Positions 25,965 through 36,839 of a DNA stretch of 39,102 nt are shown in pieces; the stretch's first letter is position 1; the number at the start of each line of letters is the position of its first letter. The stretch spans positions 1 to 39,102 of the forward strand of contig MCFE01000754.1 of NCBI GenBank assembly GCA_002104905.1, written 5' to 3'. The DNA comes from Basidiobolus meristosporus CBS 931.73 (Eukaryota; Fungi; Basidiobolomycota). The notes below the pieces were generated by a model, which was not told the DNA's origin, ran no database searches, and saw only the letters and a program-made list of their open reading frames with translations. The position numbers and the translations under genes are program-made.

Positions 25965-26818
25965 GTTACAGCAGAAATACCTATTGAGTGGTGGATTTTG
26001 ATGCAGTCACTTGTTGAGTGTGGGGTTGGGCTTAATGTTAGTGTAGGGTGTAGAGACTTGTATAGGTCAATACAATTGGCAATTGAGGTACAACTGAAGT
26101 TTCAACGGAAATAAATCAATTTGTACGCATGAAAAGTAAGAGAAATGGCTGAGTCAGGGAGTAAGGAGTGTGAAAAAGAGGCAATAGCCAATCAATTCAC
26201 ACAAACATAGGAGGTGATAGAGTGTCTGGGATCAGAAAGTGAGCAAATTGGCAGGGAACCAATCAAAAGCCGCTTATACATCATTGTGATGAAAAACTTT
26301 GACAAAGTTTTTTGTGAAATCTGGGGTGCAATTATTTTTCAACGGTCTCTGGACGGAGTCCTGACCAGATCAGTACCTCTCAGTCACAGGACATTTACTT
26401 TGTGATGGCCTTTTGACAGGATCATCTTAATAATTTTTCATAGGGTAAAGTAAACCTATATAAAGCACTTATAGTGCCAGATAGTACCAGTGGACCAAGA
26501 TAGTGCCATGCATTTTTGTGACATGATACAAGCCACAGGAGATGTATTCAGAGTGCCATTGGTATTGAGTATCAGACACATTTCTTCAGTCCTTCTGTGC
26601 TCTCACACATCCGGAACAATGTTGATCCAAAAAGAAAGGTCAAAAAGTGGATTTCTCCAGCACAATGGGTGAAACACAGGAGCTGCTTTGCATGAGGTTG
26701 AAGAGTCATGTTTCACACTTGGTGGCCAAGTTTAGGTCTGCTATGCCTTTCTGGCATGCAATGGCACTATTTGGCACCCATGGCTCAATGTGGCACTATC
26801 CAACAGAACAAGTCTAAT

Positions 26819-29250
26819 CACTTTTATTGATGATTATACAAGATACATGTGGGTTTACTTCATGGAGAGAAAGAAAGAAGCTCTGTCTAAGCTCAAAGAG
26901 CTTAAAGTCATGGTGGAGAGAGAAACTGGTGAAAAAATCAAGAAAATACACTCTAACAATGGTGGAGAATATACCCCAAAACTCTTTATCCACTTCTGCA
27001 AAATTTATGGGATAAAGCAAGCAACTACTGTACTATACTCCCCACAGCAAAATGGAGTAGCAGAGTGTGCTAACAGATCAATATTTGATATGGCAAGATC
27101 TATGATCCATGATCAAAAATTATTCTATGATTTGTGTGTGGAATTAGTTGCCACTGCTATGTACCTTAAAATAGGAGTTGTAATAGAATACTTTGTGATA
27201 CTACTCCATATGAAGCATGGTATGGGTACAGACCAAGTGCAGAACATCTCAGAATATTTAGATGTACAGCATATACCAAGAAACTGCCTGGAAATCAGTC
27301 AAGATTTTAGCCAAAAATTGTAAAATGCATATTTTTGGGCTACTGCAACAAGAGTAAGGCATACAGACTCTACAATACCAAAGCAAAGAAGCTCATCAAG
27401 TCCAGGGATGTGTTTTTTGATTAAAATTTAAAATTTTGACAAAAAATGACATCAGATGATGACAAAAATTTGATCTCAAGTCCACCAATAGTCAGGATTG
27501 AGTCAGAGCAAAACAATGAAAGCTTTTTCACTCCAAGGACTCTACAGCCATGGTTCAGCCAGAATCAGTGCCCAGGAATATCTCAGAAGTGATCATTCCA
27601 GTATCAAATGCCTGGAGATCCAATCAGACAAGAAATAGCCCAAATTACTATATCAATGAGGGTACAAACTAAGCCATGCCTATTCAGTCCATATTGATGA
27701 ACCCCAGACTGTAAAAGAAGCCCTAAATAGCCCTCAGACAAAGCTTTGGAGATCTGTAATGACTGAGGAATATCAGGCCCTGATGGAAAATCAAACTTGG
27801 GACTTAGTGAAACTACCAATCAACCAAAAATCAATTGGATGCAGATTGGTCTTTAAGACAAAATACTAGGCTGATGGTTCAACTGAAAGATACAAAGCAA
27901 GACCTGTCACCAAAGGATACTCTCAAACAAAAGGACTTGACTATACTGAGACCTTTGCACTAGCAGCCATGTTTAATTCCATCTGATTATATTGGCTATT
28001 GCAGCCAAATACAAGTTTTTTATACATCAAATGGTTGTAAAAACTGCATTTTTGAATGGAGAACTTGATGAGAGCATATATATGGACCAGCCTGATGGGC
28101 TTGCTGGCCAAGATAACCACCATTTGGTCTGCATGCTTAAAAAGTCACTTTATGGTCTCAAACAATCACTGAGAGCCTGGAATTGCAATATAGATTCTTA
28201 TTTGGAGTCTTTGAGTTTCAAAAGGAGTAATGCTGACTATAGTATATACTATAAGCCAGATAGGGCAAATCCAGCTCTATTAGCATTAAATGTGGATGAT
28301 CTTATTATAGCCACCAACAACCTGGAAACATTGGAAGAGACTAAATCCAGCCCATCTAAGGAGTTCAAGATGTCCAATCTAGGAGAGCTCAGTTACTACT
28401 TAGGGATTGAGTTCTCCATAGACAGAAGTACCCAGACTATTACCCTAAGCCAATCCAAGTATATTCAAGATATACTAAAGAAGTACCAAATGGAAGACTG
28501 TAAACCCACAGCCACCCCAATGGAGACAAACCTTAACTTGGTCAAAACTCAACCAAATCAAGAGAGCTTGGTACCATCTGAAGGTCCTGACTTTCCTTAT
28601 CAATCTATGATTGGCAGCTTGGAACACACCCAGTTATCTCATAATGAGTGGGAGTTATCAGCCAAAATAATCAGAACTATGGATCTGATCATATTGCAGC
28701 AGTTAAGTGGATTTTTAGATACCTAAAAGGAGCTGCTGATATCTGCTTAAGATACACATATAAGGATTCAGAACAGGATCTTGGGGGATACTCTGGTGCT
28801 GATTGGGGACAAAATTTGGAAGACAGAAGATCCACTACTGGATACACCTTTCTTTACTGTAAAGGAGCAATTTCATGGAATTCAAGAAAGTAACCAACCA
28901 TAGCACTTTCTACCACAGAGGCAGAGTATATAGCAGCCTGTGAAGCTACAAAAGAAGCAATGTGGTTAAGAAAGCTTTTTACAGATTTAGGCCTATATCA
29001 AAAAACACCTATTACTTTATTTCAAGATAATCAAGGATGTATTCAATTAGGTATAAATCCAACTTTTCATGCTAGAACTAAGCACATAGATATTAGACAT
29101 CATTTCATATGTGAAGCTAAGAGAATAACTTAGTTAGCTTAGCTTACTGCTCTTCAGATGAAATGATTGCCAGCATATTTACCTAACCATTAGCTAGAGA
29201 CAAATTTGAATTCCTTAGGTCAAAATTAGGACTAGTCAGTATGAACATTT
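26819..29250 (+). pseudogene. copia A integrase core, reverse transcriptase and RNase H
   Basis: [53 protein letters not shown]; continues exactly from 13992 once D is removed. Confidence 0.9.
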
Positions 29251-29770
29251 AGCTGAGTGGGAGTGTTGTAAAAATTCATAATTCCACCTAAATATTCACC
29301 TAACTTAGTCACTTAGATCATTACCTTCAAATCCTAGTGAATACTGACCATATTCCTTGTTGGGATTTACTTGGAATATTTTCACCAAAATACCAGGCAC
29401 CCAGAACATGAAAATTCTTAAAGTTATCCAAATAGCCCCAAACTTTGCACACATGTTCTTGTTGTTCACCTAACTTAGGTGAATATTTAGGTGGAATTAC
29501 GAAATTTACAAAACCTTCAATATCCTCACAATCAAGCTCTGTTGGGCCGTAAGGTATAATCATATAATTTACTATAAATATAATATAGTGGCACTGCGGA
29601 GTAAGTTAAAAAGAAGCAGTAAGAATCATGAAGAGCAAAATGGCTGATTTGGACGAACGAACTCAGAGGAACACTGACCAAGCGGAGAAGGATCAAAGTC
29701 ATCTGGCATCTCGTGTTGATATGCATATCGAGTATAAAAGGCGGGCGAAAGTGGGGGAATACAGAAGTAT

Positions 29771-31496
29771 TCAGAGAGTGAAGCGAAAAGCGGACTTCTT
29801 GGACTCGCTGGTAGTCACCATAGACTCATCAAGCTTCCTGTTTCGAGACGCTAGGTAGAGGCGTAACATACATGCGGTTATACTCACCAGCAAAAGGGCC
29901 GTTAGATTCACCAAGTGGCTCCGCAGATAGCGGGGAGCTTCATCATGACGGTAGAGTTGACCAGCAACAATACCTATGCAAAATTGCTCAGCATCTTGTG
30001 GGTCTAACTGGTGGATTCACCTACCTCCGAAACTCCCAGCCGTAGTGGTCATGGCAGCCGCAGTGGCGGTCTTTGTTCCGCCCACCACGTTATTTGTGAG
30101 CCAGCTCATGATGATTGCATTGTACGAGAATGCACCCAGAGTGGTGAGGCAGGCACCAGCATACAGCGCACGAATATCCTTCAATAGTATGAGCATGAGA
30201 ATGCCGCAAATCCCGATCAGTGGTTGAAGGATGACATGGACTGAACGTTTACGGCGTTTATCCGATACGTAGGACATCATCATGGCAAACATCGCCGCAA
30301 TGATGAAGGGTGGCGCAGAGAGTAGCAACGCTGCCATGTTCGTGATCCCGAGATCCCGAAGAATCGTTGGAAGCAACAATGCAATGGAGGCCAAGGTCGT
30401 AACCTGCGTAAAGTAGATGAGCATACATATCCAGACCACCGGATCCTTTAGTGCATCTTGGAACTGAGCTTTCTCGAATCTGGTGGTCAATTTGTCTCGG
30501 AAATCGTTCCTCAAGCGAATCTCCACCAATGCTTTCTCCCTCTCGCTTAGCCAAGACGCATCAGCCGGTGAATTCGCCATGTAATACCAAGTGGCCATGC
30601 CAAGAAGGATGGTAGGCACCCCTTCCATGATGAATATCCACCTCCAAGCCGCCACGCCTTGATGCCCATCCAAATGGGCGATTCCATAGGATATGAGACC
30701 GCCGAAGGCATTCGAAATGACACTCACCGACATGAACAATGCAAATCTCAAACTCTGTTCGTGTCGCGTGTACCAAAAGGTCAGATAGAATATCAGGCCT
30801 GGATGTAGTCTGACCAAAAACCGTTTGTTAGAGGGGCATCTCGAGTGAATCAAGTAGGAAACATACGGCAATACCCTGCCTCAGTGATCCCAAGAAAAAG
30901 CCGGACTGTCAACAACCCAGCAAAGTTCTGTACGGTGGCAGTCAGCACTGTGCATAGCCCCCAGGAAACCATGATGATTGCGATCCACCTTGAAGGGCTA
31001 AACTTCTTGAGCAAGAGATTCGAGGGCACTTCGCAACAAATGTAGCCTATATGTAGTATGTGAGCATTCGGAGACTAGGATATTGGGTCGACAGGTGGCG
31101 CATACTGATGTAATAGATAGACAAACACAAAGAGAACTGGCTTGGGGAAGTGTGGAGATCGGCTTCAATCCCGGTCAATCGGGCGGTCCCTACGATCCCC
31201 AGAAATCATCAGTGCATGCTACCACGCAAGCAGGCAAGCATCGATTTACCAATGTTTCCGCGGTCAAAGGCATAGAATAAATAGAGTAGAGTGATATAGG
31301 CTAGAACATGGAAGTCGATCTTCCGCACCAGACGCCTCTCTTCTTCGGGTGTAAAAAACTCGCGGTTTGGATCGTCCTCCTTGAAACCTATCACTGTAGT
31401 GGCCCCGAAATCCTTGGCTACGTAATCGTACTCTTTCACGACAACCTTGGGGGCCTCAGTGTCGGGATATTGAGAGGGGATTTCGGAGGCTTTCAT
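29771..31496 (-). CDS. MFS transporter, anion:cation symporter family (DAL5/TNA1-like), 5 exons
   Basis: RLVRKID, DRGNIG-TARL, EVPSN, EAG-HPG, YLTFWY, WRWIFIMEG, FRFTL*; GT-AG introns at 31190-31249, 31047-31105, 30810-30874 and 29974-30024 give a continuous frame; substrate not assignable. Confidence 0.9.
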
Positions 31497-32019
31497 TGTT
31501 TCTGTAGTCGACGGGACAGAGCAACGATGCTTCTATTTAAAGATTTCTGGAGGAACTGCTTTCACCTGTTTCAACATCCTGGGACAAAGACTACCAATGG
31601 CTGAGTATCGCGTCGCATACAAGAATCAGCCTTTTGCATTTTTCCTGAGATCCAATAGTAGGTCAGTTTGCGCAGGTGGATCGCCTTCAATTCGTCAGAG
31701 TCAGCTGTGTTTCTATCTAACCTTTGCGAGCATCATGCAGCATGCACGCTTGAACCCTAGATGGAAGAATTGTCTGGTACTTTTGGGCGGTTTGAATGGC
31801 TTAGTTACATTCATAAACGAATCTAGATCAGCTAGCAAATTCCTCTCGTTGGAGTGCACATGTATCTTCCAACCCAATTCTGAACTCTTGATTGATGGAT
31901 GATGGATGATGGATGATGAGATTGCACTGTTTTGGCTGGAATTTTTAAGATTTACTCTAATTGTTGATGGCTGAACGTCCTTTATTCTTCCTTCGTTTCC
32001 ATACCCGTCTGATCCCTCA

Positions 32020-34888
32020 ATGAGTAACTTTGATGAGTTGCAACGCATCTTGTCCGACTTGTCCAAGCAGTACGATGGATCCACACATACTATTAATTCC
32101 ACGCCACCCGGCTCAGAACCAACAAATCCCTCCACCGCAACTACGACCTCAACGCTTGTTTCTGATCCTTTGTCCATATCAGGCCTTCAACTAGGTTCAG
32201 GGAAAGAAATAAATAACCAACCAATTATACAAGCAGAGTCCTCGAACCTGACTGCTGGATCTTTCATATCAAATTCACAGCCCTTACAAGCAGTCACACC
32301 TGAACAGGCTTCGTCAATAGCGTTAGTTTCTTGTAAATTTTAAGGCTGCGGTCAATATAGCCAAGCTGATTATTAATCTTAATTTCACCAGTACGAATCT
32401 CGGTCCTCGTTCTCAACTAGCAAATAATGCGGCACAATACAATCGGCTTCCTGCCCAACAGCAAGTCACCTCAATCCCTTCATATATGCTCCAAGCCCGA
32501 AATCAAGACCTCACTTCTGGGAGCAACTCCGGATTTTTTCGTAGTTCACAGTCTAGCAATCAGCTGAATTATTCCCAGACCCTTTCTGGCTATCATTCAG
32601 CTTATCTCCAGCCGAAAATCCCTTCATATTTTCCTCCCCAGCGAGCACAACCAATCGCCGACAGCAACTCTTATACGACGAATTCCTATTCAAATACAAG
32701 CCTATGGTCTCCAGACTCCACCCCGGCTTTAACTCTCAACCCCGTATACAACTCCTCCAAGAGTGGGTTTGGCCACACCTCCACAGGTTCTAGCCCGCTG
32801 GCCTTCGCCCAAAATTATGGCACGCCACAAGCTCAACAGATCCCCAACAGGCTACAAACAAGCAATTCATTATCTCGCAGCGTAACAACGGATTCCAGCA
32901 CAAAGCCGACCGCACCAAACTTAAGGATTGTTCTAGGAGAAGATGATTTTCTTCGCCTGTCTCACTTGATATCCAAGGGAACTCAAGTGGTAAAGAAATG
33001 CCTTGAGGTAAATATTGGGCTTGAGCAAGAATCTCATAGTTTTACTCACATACCGTGTTTAACCTAGAGCTCTGTCTTACGCTTTTCTCTATAGTCACCT
33101 CGAAACATGGAGTACCTATCCGAGTTCGAGCTAAGGAACGTTGCAATCTACCTTCGTCAGCGATATAGCTTATCGGCCATCACCCCTAACGTAGGCAAAA
33201 AGCAGCTCATTCAAATTATCGCGTTTGTTACCGGAGTAGACGGTCTTGATAAGAATGGTGAATCCATTCCTAAATCGGCAGGTCGCAATCCGGGCCATAG
33301 TGCGAATAATCCATCGCGGTAGGAAATATGAAGCGAATGTACGCAACGATGCTTGCTCAACTTTTTTACCAGGAATGTGGCGAAGAACTTCCACCTTCCT
33401 ACCGATGCTGAGATGCAACTCTTTGATGCACGATTCAAACCAATCCCCTTTCTGAAGACAGTTACCAGACTTTGGTGCCAAAAGATCCTATATGTGGAGA
33501 CGGTGGGTGCTAAAGGCACCTATTATTCTCACGGCTTTACTGCGAGAATCCCACTTGTTTTGTTTAATGCATCGACATCACCAGACAACCGCCGACTGGT
33601 TCACATTTCTATATTCTCACCGGAGACGGGGAAAATGTGGGAAGCAAATCATCTGAACCAAATTATGCAATTGAAAATTGATAACAACTATGTTATACTG
33701 AGCAAGGTATGTTTGGCTATGTATGTTGTTGACTATCATCGAAAAGACTCATCCGATTCATTCGTCTAAAGAAACAGCTATCGGCTGGGCTACAGCATTT
33801 CGACATTACTCGTTTTGTTGAAAAGGCTCTCACCAGTCGCACCGATACCTATTTGACAGTCACGGTTAACGTTCCAGCGAAATTCGCTAGACAGGATATC
33901 ATTGTTGTTCACTCTCTCGTACTCCAATCAATAGAAGAGGTAATGTCCTTAAGTTACTACTTTGGTATCAACCACCACTTGTCCGATATTCACGCTGAAA
34001 TATTTTAGGTTACGGCTAGGGTTTACGCCCAGAGCATTGTTCAACTGCAACGTACTGCTCGAAAACCTCTTAACATAACAATCCCGACCAAACTGGCGGA
34101 AGTCGAAAAAGTGCTGATGACTCTGGCATCAAATCTCAATGACGCCCCTCCGACAGCAAACAAGCCTGCAATTGAAGGTATTCAATTCAGGCAATTGGAT
34201 GTTGCTGGCGCAGCTGTTCTCACATAACTTCTGCTCGTAGATGACGACATTGAAATGGGCGACCAGATAATCTCATTCGTCTGCCCTCTTAGCCTGAAAA
34301 AGATTCAACATCCTTCCAAGGGAAAGAGGTGCAAGCATGCGCAATGCTTCGACGTACAGGTAATTCTCAACGAAATGGTTGGTTAGTTTGACCAGTGATT
34401 AATTCGATCTTCAGAGCTTTCTCAAGTGCAACATGGACAACATCAAATGGAAATGTATAGTTTGCAACGAGGAACTACCTTTTTCCGTAAGTGGGCTGGT
34501 TACACTTCTCCGGCTTGTCTGTGCGTATTAACGGGGCAAGGTATTCCTCTAGGAGCTAATCATAGATGTCAAATTCAAGAACTACCTCCACGATTATCCG
34601 AACTTGGATCGATGCCTGATCCATAGCGACGGAACCACCGCGCCTCTACCCCAAGAAAACCGCAAGTCTCGCACATCCACGCCAGCAGTAACCGAACCAT
34701 GCGACGTCGACAAACCGCACAAAAGGTCCATCTCCGAAGTGATAGAGCTCAGCGACGAGAGCGAGAACGAATTAGAGCAACCTCCAAGAACCAAGTCGAA
34801 CCCAAACCCTTCCAAACAAGCCTCCTCCTTATCCTCCATATCGCAGCATGGACCCAACTCTAGTCCGGAGATCATCATTCTGGACTAG
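32020..34888 (+). CDS. SIZ/PIAS-like SP-RING (zf-MIZ) protein, probable SUMO E3 ligase, multi-exon
   Basis: Near 34260-34490 the spliced frame reads CPLSLKKIQHPSKGKRCKHAQCFD...WKCIVCN; SAP-like LSEFELRNVA...GKKQLIQII near 33110-33230; SIM-like EVIELSD and EIIILD at the C-terminus; internal exon boundaries only partly resolved. Confidence 0.8.
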
Positions 34889-35110
34889 GACTCTGTAAAT
34901 ATCCCATCTAGATACAATGTATTTTATTGAAACTAAAGGAGCCCGCATGTATGTGCAATAGATGTATCTCTATCTACTCCTAATCATGGTTGGGTCTGTA
35001 TGAATAGACATGCTCAGATATGCTCGTGTAAGGAGAATTCGACCTAACCTTACGGCGGTCTTACGCATCCCCAATGGTTGTCAGCACACACCCGAATAGA
35101 AAATAAACCT

Positions 35111-36507
35111 TTAATCTTGGGAACCCTTCCTGTAGTTGGCCACGTCGAAGCCTATGGTTATAAGGCCGATGACTATCTCGAATGCTGGTGACACGAGGGT
35201 TAGTTCAGAAGTAAACGAGATGTCAAATGCTGAACCCTACCGATAAGAATGATCACAATCCATTCCAACTTTTCCCCGTGAGTTCCGTTCAAATGATCCT
35301 TCAGCATCTCCAGCAGATCACCAATCACGCTTACTCTTTGGTTCAGAAGCTCAGCTCTTTGGGAGATCTCCAAATACCCTCTCATCACATTGTAGAGCGG
35401 CTGCTGGGCAGGTTCCGACCAGAAAATCTCCGGTGTGTCTAATATGTTGCTGACAAGGTTCACATTGATTCGCATGATGAATAACTAGGGTTGGTCGATG
35501 GGTTAGCAACTAGATCGAAGCACATAGCAGTCTTGGGGTTTTACCATTCCGATCTTCTGAGTGATGGCAGTTCGAGACATATTGACCTTTCCGGTCCGCG
35601 CCATGTTTTGAGGAATGTGCTTGGTGGCATTGATGGTCTCATCCACCAACTCCTCAAACAGCGTCATCTTAACGGACTGGGCAATGGCGTGAGAGATGGT
35701 GAGCTTGACCATGTAGCTTTTGGGGTGTTTGAGGGTGATGATGTCGTTGTAAATCCTTGGTTGACAGGAGGGGTTGTAATGGAAGTTCAGCTCCTCCACC
35801 TCCACATCATCGATTTCCAGCTTCTCCACCTCAAACGACGCGATTTTCTTCAGCAATTGCTGCTCCTCCTTCTCACTGAATCCCCACATCACGATTACTC
35901 CATAATCGAAGAAGAACACCTCACCAAGAAGGAATACATTAGGCTGCTCTTCGCTCACTGGCGTATTGAACAAGGATTGTTGAGGTGCGGACTCCTCACC
36001 ATCCATGCGTAATAGATCCCCAGTGACGATGCTGCCTTGCTGGTTTATCCTCTCCGCATGAAAAGAGTAAGGGGTGTACAGCACTTCGTCGAATCGCTTA
36101 GGCGAGGTGTAGTGACTATTGCGACATGTCTGAAGGTACTTCATCAAGCTATCCATACGATAAGAGGTAGCCGTGCAGTGAGCAGATACTCTGGGCAGCT
36201 GTTTGCGACGCAATTTACTCAGCTGTTCTGCTTCGAAACGGGCGGTGCCGGAGGGGATCTGAGCGATTTGGTTGTATACTTCATCCCCTTCTGTTAAGTC
36301 TCCAGGGAGTAGACTGGCCTCCTGCTCCTCTTCGGGAAAAATGGCAAGTTTCTGGGAGGTTTTGGTTGTTCTGTTGGGTTGCTTGGCTTTGCTGCGAGAT
36401 GGACTCGGCTCTATCCCGTGGGCGGAGGGCCCGCTCTCCTCGACATTGTGAAATACCACCTTCTGTTGTATGGGCAAGGACGTAGCTAGCTGGTTTCTCT
36501 TCTTCAT
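35111..36507 (-). CDS. RMD1: RMD1-family (DUF155) protein, paralog 1
   Basis: GEVFFFDYGVIVMWG, ISHAIAQSVK, RINVNLVSNILDTPEIFW, YLEI-QR-ELLNQR, LEWIVIILI; introns 35485-35544 and 35185-35240. Confidence 0.9.
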
Positions 36508-36839
36508 CTTTGAACAAACCGGGTGGACAAGTAAGTGACGGTAAAAGAGGTGGTTATGTATATATGTCTATTGTGTATACGAAAACGGCAACCACTCCTA
36601 AATTTCTTTTTTCAATAGCCAGTCGTGAGTTACCCATGGGTAAGATGCGAATCATGATAGGCCGATTGTGCTACGTATGCATCCAATTAGCTAATCAAGG
36701 GTAATTTACCCCTTGTACCGAACCTGGCCGTCACACCTCAATTAAATAAGGTTACAGTTATATTAGATGTGCATTCAGCCATAGCAACCTCCAAATGGAA
36801 ACATGGGCGTTTATTGATTTGGGAGAAAATAGATGCCCA

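Larger units (their letters stand above)
19949..26114 (+). pseudogene. Uncharacterised accessory ORF of D, interrupted by copia B (19949-21282 plus 25970-26114)
   Basis: Helical domain (PWDHQELKAKQNALDLFHEHYPGFKWANRFW...KYLKNSR), long low-complexity middle; removing copia B gives an open frame ...KLWNQSVT/AEIPIEWWILMQSL...KFQRK* ending at 26114. Confidence 0.65.
13996..26815. mobile_element. DNA transposon D: 12.8 kb (about 8.1 kb without nested copia B), 345-bp TIRs, TSD AAT
   Basis: TIRs 13996-14340 and 26471-26815; AAT at 13993-13995 and 26816-26818; the uninterrupted site GAAGTATTTAATCACTTTTATTG is seen in copia B (~24090-24112, minus strand). Confidence 0.92.
12128..29460 (+). mobile_element. 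Ty1/copia element A, split by transposon D; 3' LTR truncated
   Basis: 5' LTR 12128-12477 (TGTTA...CAACA), PBS GGTTATGAGCCC 12478-12489, gag-PR-preIN 12482-13992, IN-RT-RH 26819-~29250, PPT GAGTGGGAG 29255-29263, partial LTR 29264-29460. Confidence 0.9.

Noticed and set aside
932-29460. Classical ascomycete RIP (CpA to TpA)
   Set aside because: CA/TG dinucleotides remain abundant and the diagnostic paired changes are at CpG; the few TGG-to-stop changes are not enough
31892-31918. (GATGGAT)n short tandem repeat between the divergent MFS and SP-RING genes
   Set aside because: About three units; an ordinary microsatellite-level feature
35491-36012. Antisense ORFs over host genes (also 31713..32177, 33170..33481, 37347..37619, 30258..30554)
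   Set aside because: Shadow frames opposite well-supported coding exons, with no recognisable motifs
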